From: Muribaculaceae bacterium
GTDB lineage: Bacteria > Bacteroidota > Bacteroidia > Bacteroidales > Muribaculaceae
Length of the DNA stretch: 64,000 nucleotides
Direction: 5' to 3'
NCBI GenBank assembly: GCA_051878575.1
Contig: JBJEKJ010000099.1
Coordinates: forward strand, 10,686 to 74,685
The first letter of the stretch is position 1, and each line of letters begins with the position of its first letter. The position numbers and the translations under genes were made by a program. The notes beneath the pieces were generated by a model. That model searched no databases and was not told the DNA's origin. It saw only the letters and a list, made by a program, of their open reading frames with translations. Positions 28,386 to 36,017 of the stretch are shown piece by piece.

Positions 28386-28904
28386 ATGGCACTAATAAAA
28401 TCAGTGAGAGGGTTTACCCCAAAGATGGGCAAGGATTGCTTCCTTGCTGAGAATGCTACCATAATAGGCGACGTGACGATGGGCGACGAGTGCAGCGTGT
28501 GGTTCAACACCGTGCTGCGCGGCGACGTGAACACCATCACCATTGGCAATCGCGTGAATATTCAGGACGGGTCGGTGCTGCACACGCTTTATGAGAAATC
28601 GACTATCGAGATAGGCAACGACGTGTCAATTGGCCACAATGTGACCATACACGGAGCAAAAGTGTGCGATTTCGCATTAATTGGCATGGGCAGCGTGCTG
28701 CTCGACCATGCCGAGGTGGGCGAGGGCGCCATCGTGGCAGCCGGAAGCGTAGTCACCGGCAAGACGAAAATCGGCCCCAACGAGTTATGGGCAGGTGCTC
28801 CGGCCAAGTTCATCAAGATGGTTGACCCGGCGCAGGCAAAGGAAATCAACGTGAAGATAGCCAAGAACTATCTCATGTACTCCAAGTGGTACGACGAGGA
28901 CTAA
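28386..28904 (+). CDS. Gamma-carbonic-anhydrase-family hexapeptide-repeat protein
   Basis: 172 aa. Left-handed beta-helix repeats and the conserved pattern VWFNTVLRGDVNTITIGNRVNIQDGSVLH. Confidence 0.85.
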   Translation: MALIKSVRGFTPKMGKDCFLAENATIIGDVTMGDECSVWFNTVLRGDVNTITIGNRVNIQDGSVLHTLYEKSTIEIGNDVSIGHNVTIHGAKVCDFALIGMGSVLLDHAEVGEGAIVAAGSVVTGKTKIGPNELWAGAPAKFIKMVDPAQAKEINVKIAKNYLMYSKWYDED

Positions 28905-28976
28905 GCGCGCCACCTATGGAAGCGCCGCAAGTCGAAGCCGACGGCGATGCCCGCCCCAAAGTGAGGCAATAACAAT

Positions 28977-29004
28977 AGAGGCAGCTCACCCCTGAGCTGC
29001 CTCT
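28977..29004. terminator. Bidirectional hairpin terminator between the gamma-CA gene (+) and the HTH-nuclease gene (-)
   Basis: Perfect 12-bp stem agaggcagctca / tgagctgcctct with loop cccc. T/A-rich sequence on both sides. Confidence 0.65.
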
Positions 29005-29035
29005 TAATATCTGCCACATAGATAAGATTGAATGA

Positions 29036-29761
29036 TTATATAAATCCCGCTAATTGCCGCTCCATACACATAACCTCATATTGTCTGGATATGTCCTCGT
29101 AGGAATGGAACTTCACTCTATTTTTAATATCTTTGAATGCCGTTCGGCTCATTACCTTCTCAAATTGCTCTCGTCTATTACAAGGAGCAACAATTATGAA
29201 TCGGCTGTTGAAGTCTTGAAGATCGCAGAATTTTATTACTGAGTTTTGTATATCAGTTGAGTGCTCTATCTCAAAGAAGCTATTAGGCATTTTGCGCTCG
29301 TTAAACCAAATGACATCAATGGTGCGAGCTCGATTTATCAAATTGTCATACGAAAATTTGGGGATTTGAACGGTTGAGCAGATTTCTATCAAAGGCTTGT
29401 CCAAAAACAACTTGTTTTGGTCTTGTGCAGGCACAAATGTGGTGAAATTTTTCATATTGCCTATTGCAGTGACAAGACCTTGGTAGTAGCCGTGAGTAAA
29501 TATCTCGTGGGGCTTTATTTCTTTGGTCCCTAAATTGAATTTACCGAGCACTTCTTCTCTGCAATCTTCCAAGGCCCACAATCCGGGTTGAATCTTGAAT
29601 ATTTCTTTTGAAAGCTGAACTATTTGGCGGATTGAAGCCTGTGGGGTTTTTGTTGCCCATGATGATGTGTCAACGAGATTATATAGGCTTCCGAGTGTAG
29701 CGTAGCCTCCATTCTTTCGCAGGGCATCGATGACTTGTTGCTTTTGTGTTTGTTTTGCCAT
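29036..29761 (-). CDS. Hypothetical protein: N-terminal winged-helix (HARE-HTH-like) plus C-terminal restriction-endonuclease-like domain
   Basis: 241 aa. N-terminus QVIDALRKNGGYATLGSLYNLV...FKIQPGLWALED resembles HARE-HTH. C-terminal half has a candidate acidic centre, D149 (IDVIW) and E164/E166 (FFEIEHSTD). Strongly AT-rich relative to both flanks. Confidence 0.5.
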   Translation of the reverse strand: MAKQTQKQQVIDALRKNGGYATLGSLYNLVDTSSWATKTPQASIRQIVQLSKEIFKIQPGLWALEDCREEVLGKFNLGTKEIKPHEIFTHGYYQGLVTAIGNMKNFTTFVPAQDQNKLFLDKPLIEICSTVQIPKFSYDNLINRARTIDVIWFNERKMPNSFFEIEHSTDIQNSVIKFCDLQDFNSRFIIVAPCNRREQFEKVMSRTAFKDIKNRVKFHSYEDISRQYEVMCMERQLAGFI

Positions 29762-29783
29762 TGCTGTGGGGGATTGGTGGGGA

Positions 29784-30626
29784 TTAGTGGGGGAGGGTTT
29801 CGCGGGCGGTTTTCAGCATGTGGGTGGGGAGCGAGCCTCCGCGCCGGTCGGGTGCGGGACCTATCATGTGATTGCCGCTGTTGCTCCTTAAGTTGTCGAT
29901 TATGCCGAGTATGGCCCCGCCCAAATCCACGCCGAAGGAGTGCTTGCCGAGTTTGAATGATGGTGCCACGATGGGCATCATCGTCCAGCGGTTCATGAAA
30001 GGATCGAACATGCGCCTCACGCCGAGCTCCAAGCCGAAGGCTGATCCCGTCTGATACCGTATCGAGCCTCCGAAGCAGGAGTGGTTCATATAGGGTATTG
30101 CCGCGGGCGAGTCGAATGGGTTGCCGGCTGAATAGTTGCCAAACACGCTAAGCGACAGCCGCTCGTTGATGTGATAGGTGATGCTGCCCGATACGCCGAA
30201 GTCGTTGTATAGATTTCTGTTGACGTGGTATTTGTAGCCCGATATCGCGCCGGTGAGTGTCAGGCTGCCGAGGTTTTGAGCAATGCCTATCGTGGCGCTG
30301 CCGAAATTGCCCAATCCCGGCATCGACGTGTAATTCCCGTAGCCGAATGTGCTGCCGTCAAGTCTGCCCGTGTGGAGGCTTTCATTGAGCCTGAGGGCTT
30401 GAGGCTGGTGTAATGCCGGCCTGTTGCCGCCGAAGTCACGGACGGGACTGGTGCCTATGCCGTCGTAGCTTATAGTGTCGGGCAGAAAGAGCGAGTCGGG
30501 CAAGGTAAGCTGCTCATACGGCAATGTCTTGCTGCCGGCGATGCCGGTAGACGTGTCTTGCGCCTGCATGGAGGCCGGGGCACACATCATCATGCAACAG
30601 ATTGACAGAAATACGGGATTTTTCAT
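29784..30626 (-). CDS. Hypothetical secreted, beta-rich (outer-membrane-like) protein
   Basis: 280 aa with a signal peptide (CAPASMQAQD). Gly/Ser/Tyr/Asn-rich alternating segments suggest a beta-barrel. Confidence 0.45.
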   Translation of the reverse strand: MKNPVFLSICCMMMCAPASMQAQDTSTGIAGSKTLPYEQLTLPDSLFLPDTISYDGIGTSPVRDFGGNRPALHQPQALRLNESLHTGRLDGSTFGYGNYTSMPGLGNFGSATIGIAQNLGSLTLTGAISGYKYHVNRNLYNDFGVSGSITYHINERLSLSVFGNYSAGNPFDSPAAIPYMNHSCFGGSIRYQTGSAFGLELGVRRMFDPFMNRWTMMPIVAPSFKLGKHSFGVDLGGAILGIIDNLRSNSGNHMIGPAPDRRGGSLPTHMLKTARETLPH

Positions 30627-30727
30627 CGCTCATCGACTTTTTCTCAGCTAAATTACAACTTTTTTTCTGAATTTGCTCTCAGTTTGACATACTTTGTGTA
30701 AATTTGTGAGTTACTTATTCTGAAATT

Positions 30728-31000
30728 ATGGAATTGACTTCGATTATAGGCTATGTGGCAACCGTTTTATTGGTTTTGGGCTACTTGCCGCAGATGGTGA
30801 GGACTCTTCGCACCCGCTCGACCGACGACATAGCGATGGGGACGTTCTCCATGATGGGGCTTGGCGCACTGCTTTTTGCGGTGCAGGGTGCCATGACGGG
30901 TAATTATCCGCTTTTTGTGGCCAACGTGCTCACCACTATCATGAGCTCGGTGATTTTTGGCATAAAAATCTACAATGATTTTTTCAGGAATAGAAAGTGA
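30728..31000 (+). CDS. SemiSWEET / PQ-loop family small transporter
   Basis: 90 aa, three predicted TM helices, PQ motif (LGYLPQMVRTLRTRSTDDIA). Confidence 0.7.
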   Translation: MELTSIIGYVATVLLVLGYLPQMVRTLRTRSTDDIAMGTFSMMGLGALLFAVQGAMTGNYPLFVANVLTTIMSSVIFGIKIYNDFFRNRK

Positions 31001-31100
31001 CGGTAGTTGTGGCGATGCGGGCGCATGACAGGGCTTGTGTCGGGAGCAACAACAGAGACAATAAATTATAGGCAAATCAAAACTAAGTGTAATATTAAAT

Positions 31101-31841
31101 ATGTCAGGAGCAGCAAAGTCGGACAGCATTGTCATTATACCGACGTATAATGAGAAGGAGAATATCGCCAATATCATCGATGCCGTGTTGTCGCTAAGTC
31201 AGCCGTTTGATGTATTGGTGATTGATGATAACTCGCCCGATGGCACGGCATTTATCGTGCAGGACGTTATGAAGGATCACCCGGGGCGTGTGCATCTGTT
31301 GCAGCGAGAGGGAAAGCTCGGTCTCGGCACTGCCTATATTGCCGGCTTCAAGTGGGCTTTGGAGCGCGACTATGAGTATGTCATTGAGATGGATGCCGAC
31401 TTCTCCCACAATCCCAACGACTTGATTCCGCTGCGTGAGGCATGCCACGACGGTGATGCCGACTTGTCGGTTGGCTCGCGCTATATCACCGGAGTGAACG
31501 TGGTGAACTGGCCTATGGGGCGTGTGATAATGTCGTATTACGCAAGTGCCTACGTGCGTATGGTCACAGGAATGAATGTGCGCGACACCACTGCCGGTTT
31601 CGTGTGCTACTCGCGCCGCGTGCTCGAGCGCATCGATCTCGACAAGGTGGAGTTTAAGGGCTATGCTTTCCAGATTGAGATGAAGTTCACGGCCTATAAG
31701 TTGGGCTTCAAGATAAAGGAGGTGCCTATAATCTTCGTGAACCGTGTGCTCGGCACGAGCAAGATGAACTCGAGCATATTCGGCGAGGCCGTGTTTGGAG
31801 TCGTTAAGCTGAAGGTAGCGAGCTGGTTCAGGAAATATTGA
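31101..31841 (+). CDS. Polyprenol-phosphate mannosyltransferase (GT2, Dpm1-like)
   Basis: 246 aa. IVIIPTYNEKENI, VLVIDDNSPDGT, and a DAD motif (IEMDADFSHNP). Confidence 0.85.
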   Translation: MSGAAKSDSIVIIPTYNEKENIANIIDAVLSLSQPFDVLVIDDNSPDGTAFIVQDVMKDHPGRVHLLQREGKLGLGTAYIAGFKWALERDYEYVIEMDADFSHNPNDLIPLREACHDGDADLSVGSRYITGVNVVNWPMGRVIMSYYASAYVRMVTGMNVRDTTAGFVCYSRRVLERIDLDKVEFKGYAFQIEMKFTAYKLGFKIKEVPIIFVNRVLGTSKMNSSIFGEAVFGVVKLKVASWFRKY

Positions 31842-31884
31842 TATCTTCCTATAATTAACTAAAACTAAATCACGATATAGCTAT

Positions 31885-33234
31885 ATGGGCCGTCAGTTGC
31901 TTTACAATGCCCTGATAGTTAACGAGGGGCGTAAATATAATGGATATGTGGTGATCGATGGCGACAAGATTGCGGCAGTGGGGGAGAATGATCCGTCGGA
32001 TGCTGTGGTGTCGTCGTGTGGCAAGGCCGAAGATTTGCGTGGGGCGCTACTGATTCCGGGGGTTATCGACGATCAGGTACATTTCCGCGAGCCGGGACTG
32101 ACCCACAAGGCCGATATTGCCTCCGAGAGCCGTGCCGCGGTGGCAGGAGGAGTGACGTCGTTCATGGATATGCCAAACACCGTGCCGCAGACCACGACAC
32201 TCGAGGCTTTGGAGGCGAAATTCGAGCGTGCCGCGGCAACGTCGGTTGCCAATTTCAGTTTCAATATCGGGGCTACCAACGACAATATCGATGTGCTGAG
32301 GCGTGTCGACTTCAGCCGTGTGTGTGGAGTGAAGGCGTTTCTCGGCTCGTCGACAGGCAATATGCTCGTCGACGACAGTGAGGCATTGCGGCGGCTTTTC
32401 GGCGAAATCGATGCTGTGATTGCCGTTCACTCCGAGGATGAGGCGATAATCCTCGCCAATCGCGACCACTATGTGGCCGAGCGTGGCGACGACCTCCCGG
32501 TGGAGCTGCACCCACTCATACGCAGCGAGGAGGCGTGCTATGTGTCGACCGAGCGTGCCGTTCGCCTTGCCGAGCGCTATGGCACCCGTCTGCATGTGTT
32601 TCATGTGTCGACGGCGCGCGAGCTGTCGCTTTTCAGCGATGCCCCGCTTGCCTCCAAGAAGATTACCGCCGAGGTGTGCGTGCATCACTTGTGGTTCAGC
32701 GATAATGACTATGCGCGGTTGGGCAGTAGAATAAAGTGCAATCCGGCAATAAAGACGCTTGCCGACCGTGATGCACTGCGCAGGGGGCTGAACATGGGCC
32801 TTCTCGACGTTGTGGCTACCGACCACGCTCCGCATCTGCTCAGCGATAAGCAGGGCAACTGCCTAAAAGCGGCTTCGGGAATGCCTCTCGTGCAGTTCTC
32901 GCTTATTGCGATGCTCGAGATGGCGCGCGACGGCGTGTTCAGCGTGGAGAAAGTGGTTGAAAAGATGTGCCACGCTCCTGCCGAGCTTTATCGCATCGAC
33001 CGCAGGGGATTTATCCGTGAGGGCTATTATGCCGACCTTGCTGTGGTGAGGGAGGACGCCGCAGGGAGCGTCGTCACGGCTGCCGATGTGCTTTCGAAGT
33101 GCGGATGGTCGCCATTCGAGGGCACGACCATGCACCATCGGGTGGCGCGCACCTATGTGAATGGAGAGGAAGCCTACTCCGACGGACGTGTGAACGATGC
33201 CGTGCGAGGCAGGCGTCTCACATTCATCCGATAG
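31885..33234 (+). CDS. pyrC: Dihydroorotase (long, allantoinase-like type)
   Basis: 449 aa. Amidohydrolase metal motif GVIDDQVHFREPG, FMDMPNT, VHSED, and ATDHAPH near the C-terminus. Confidence 0.85.
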   Translation: MGRQLLYNALIVNEGRKYNGYVVIDGDKIAAVGENDPSDAVVSSCGKAEDLRGALLIPGVIDDQVHFREPGLTHKADIASESRAAVAGGVTSFMDMPNTVPQTTTLEALEAKFERAAATSVANFSFNIGATNDNIDVLRRVDFSRVCGVKAFLGSSTGNMLVDDSEALRRLFGEIDAVIAVHSEDEAIILANRDHYVAERGDDLPVELHPLIRSEEACYVSTERAVRLAERYGTRLHVFHVSTARELSLFSDAPLASKKITAEVCVHHLWFSDNDYARLGSRIKCNPAIKTLADRDALRRGLNMGLLDVVATDHAPHLLSDKQGNCLKAASGMPLVQFSLIAMLEMARDGVFSVEKVVEKMCHAPAELYRIDRRGFIREGYYADLAVVREDAAGSVVTAADVLSKCGWSPFEGTTMHHRVARTYVNGEEAYSDGRVNDAVRGRRLTFIR

Positions 33235-33278
33235 ATAGGGAGAATCTAATTACTTACTTAATTAAATAGAGTGTGTTT

Positions 33279-35738
33279 ATGAGAAAACAGTTATTTTTAT
33301 TCCTATTTATTGCAATTGCCGCCTCTGTGTCGGCCGTGCAGATAGGAGTGGACAGGGCAAGGACCGAGGCTATGAGGTTTTTCAGCACCGACAGCCGGTT
33401 GAAGAGTGTTTCGAGTGAGAAATTGGAGCTTGCTTACACCGAGCGCACTGCCGACTACGACAATTTCTATGTATTTGCCAATGCGAAGCGAGGATTTGTC
33501 ATCGTTTCGGCCGACGATTGTGCCATGCCGATTCTCGGCTACGGCACCGAGAGCGTGTTCGACGCGGGAAATATCCCCGATGGATTGAAATTCATGATGA
33601 GTGAGTATAAAAACGAGATTAACTATGCCATAGAGCATGGGTTGAGAACGGCAGGAGGACGCTCGGTAGTGGAAACGCTTGCGCCAATATCTCCGCTATG
33701 TGCCACAAGGTGGAATCAGGGCGCGCCTTACAATAATCTCTGCCCCGACTACAACTCCTCAAGTAAATGCGTGACCGGGTGTGTGGCTACGGCGATGGCT
33801 CAAGTAATGAAGTTCAATAATTGGCCGGAGCGCGGCACGGGCTCAAACTCCTATACCACCACAATCAATGGGTCCGACAAGACTTTGGCGCTCGATTTCA
33901 GCACCATAGCTTTCGATTGGGAAAATATGACCAACTTATATGGAGCGAACTCCACCGATGCCGAGAAGGAGGCTGTGGCTACGCTGATGTATGCTTGCGG
34001 CGTGTCGGTGAATATGGGCTATGGCATGTCGTCGGGGACGCGATCCGTCTATGTGCCGCGAGCCCTTGCCAATTATTTCGGCTATGACAAGAGCGTGAGA
34101 ATGGCTGATCGAGATTGCTATAGCTACAGGGATTGGACCAATCTTGCATATTCGGAATTGGTGGCCAACCGCATAATGTATGTGTCGGGCAGTAATGATA
34201 ATGCCGGACATGCTTTTGTGTGCGATGGCTACGACAAAGACGGCTATTTCCATATCAACTGGGGCTGGGGCGGCATATCCGACGGATATTTCCGCTTCTC
34301 GGCTCTTAACCCATCGACGCAAGGCTTGGGAGGCAGCGAATCGGGATACAGTAGCGGCGTGTCGCTTATTTATAATATAAAGCCCGATGAGGGAGGTTCG
34401 GATTATCAGGAAGTGATGTTCTCCGATGACTTTGTCCCCGATGTGACCTCAGTGCCGAGAACGAATGCAGGTGCAGAAATAGGTTTCACGTTTTCCATAA
34501 TCCGTGTGAGAAATACATATCAGGGAGCGTCGAACATCAAAATGGGCGCGTATGTGGTAAATAAGGAAACCGATGACTCATTGTTTTTTGAGAGCGACAT
34601 CTACTGGAGTGTGGAGTGTGGCAATTGGATACGTTCGGATGACGATAAGCAGATGTATTTCGCCGCATCGAATCTGTTGGAATTGGAGAAAGGAACATAT
34701 CGTGTGTCGCCGGCATTTTACGATGTCACGCATGGCATTTTTGGCGATGTGAGTGTGCCATATAACAGTATCGACCATGTTGACATGGTCGTGGATGATA
34801 GCGGGCTCTCATTTATGGTGCCGGAGAAGGGCGCGGCGAAGTTGACAACCGACTATGTGAAATTCAACACATCTTTCTATGCCGGAGAAAGCTACTCGGT
34901 GGAGGTTACCGTGAGCAACACGGGCGTGGAATACAATGGGGCCATCTATCCGATTATCGTCGATGAGGATTATCAGATACAAGGTAGTCTCACCACCATT
35001 TACTTCGACATTCCTCAGGGTGAAAGCTCTACGCTGACGATTATGGCCGATGTTCCCGATAATGCTTCCGGCTCCTATTATTTCGCTCTCGCCGACCGTG
35101 ATTTTAATCTTATCAGCAGTCTGTATCCTATCGAGGTTAAGATTGCCCCCAATACCTACACTCTCGAGGTGACCAATTTTTCTATTGCTGACGCCAATAA
35201 TGTAGACCCGGCAAACGTGCGTGTGAGAGCCAATGTGAGGTGCACCGATGGATTCTTCAATAATTTTATGTATGTGTGGATATTCAATGCTTCGGGTAAC
35301 GGATTGTTCAATGCGGCAACGCCTATGATGGTGCTTGACAAAGACAATTCGACGACTGTCGATATGTCGGTAGTCCATGCCGATGCAGTGCAAGGGACTT
35401 CATATCTTGCGGCACTTTACACCTACAATGACGGTTGGAAGCAATTGACCAAGGCATTGAAATTCACGACGGCAATTCCCACCGGCGTGGCGGCGACGAG
35501 TGCCGATGAGGAGTTGAAAGTGCTTGTCGGGGCCGCCGGTGATGCGGTGAGCGTCGTTTCGCCCGAGCCGGTGAGCGCTGTGCGCGTATATGCTCTTTCG
35601 GGTGGCATGGTGGCTGCCGCCGATGCCGGAGGCGAGAATAGCGTGAGCGTTGACATTTCAGCGCTTTCGCAGGGTGTCTACGTGGTGCACGCCGACACGG
35701 CAAGTGGCATCGTAGTGAGGAAAATAGTGAAGAAATAG
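33279..35738 (+). CDS. C10-family (streptopain/SpeB-like) cysteine peptidase with T9SS C-terminal sorting domain
   Basis: Signal peptide. Catalytic Cys context TGCVATAMAQVMKF and His context AGHAFVCDGYDKDGYFHINWGWGG. C-terminal sorting domain ending QGVYVVHADTASGIVVRKIVKK. I preferred the ATG at 33279 over the GTG at 33273. Confidence 0.85.
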   Translation: MRKQLFLFLFIAIAASVSAVQIGVDRARTEAMRFFSTDSRLKSVSSEKLELAYTERTADYDNFYVFANAKRGFVIVSADDCAMPILGYGTESVFDAGNIPDGLKFMMSEYKNEINYAIEHGLRTAGGRSVVETLAPISPLCATRWNQGAPYNNLCPDYNSSSKCVTGCVATAMAQVMKFNNWPERGTGSNSYTTTINGSDKTLALDFSTIAFDWENMTNLYGANSTDAEKEAVATLMYACGVSVNMGYGMSSGTRSVYVPRALANYFGYDKSVRMADRDCYSYRDWTNLAYSELVANRIMYVSGSNDNAGHAFVCDGYDKDGYFHINWGWGGISDGYFRFSALNPSTQGLGGSESGYSSGVSLIYNIKPDEGGSDYQEVMFSDDFVPDVTSVPRTNAGAEIGFTFSIIRVRNTYQGASNIKMGAYVVNKETDDSLFFESDIYWSVECGNWIRSDDDKQMYFAASNLLELEKGTYRVSPAFYDVTHGIFGDVSVPYNSIDHVDMVVDDSGLSFMVPEKGAAKLTTDYVKFNTSFYAGESYSVEVTVSNTGVEYNGAIYPIIVDEDYQIQGSLTTIYFDIPQGESSTLTIMADVPDNASGSYYFALADRDFNLISSLYPIEVKIAPNTYTLEVTNFSIADANNVDPANVRVRANVRCTDGFFNNFMYVWIFNASGNGLFNAATPMMVLDKDNSTTVDMSVVHADAVQGTSYLAALYTYNDGWKQLTKALKFTTAIPTGVAATSADEELKVLVGAAGDAVSVVSPEPVSAVRVYALSGGMVAAADAGGENSVSVDISALSQGVYVVHADTASGIVVRKIVKK

Positions 35739-35819
35739 CACGAAGCTATATGGCTTAAGGCCTCAGAGAAGATATGCGCTCAGGGTAATCGCAGTGTTTG
35801 GCGACTCCTTGAGCGCATT

Positions 35820-35930
35820 TTGTTGCCATTGCGCTCGATTTGCACTATCTTTAGATAAGATAGGCTGCATCTCGGCAATGCCAATCAAGTAAACTTGTTG
35901 CCATTGCGCTCGATTTGCACTATCTTTGCA
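35820..35930 (-). repeat. Variant copies (one partial plus one full unit) of the 73-bp repeat family. The TATCTTTG -7 box points at the ATPase gene.
   Basis: Shares the blocks taggctgcatctcggca, tcaagtaaacttg and tgcgctcgatttgcactatcttt with the reverse complement of the 18752 unit. The hairpin arms differ in sequence but stay complementary. Confidence 0.9.
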
Positions 35931-36017
35931 GCCGAAAGGTGGAATTTCTGTGTTATGTTTGTGTGTAGCAATAGGATAATACAGCTATTCTTATAAATTT
36001 ATGACATTATAAATAAG

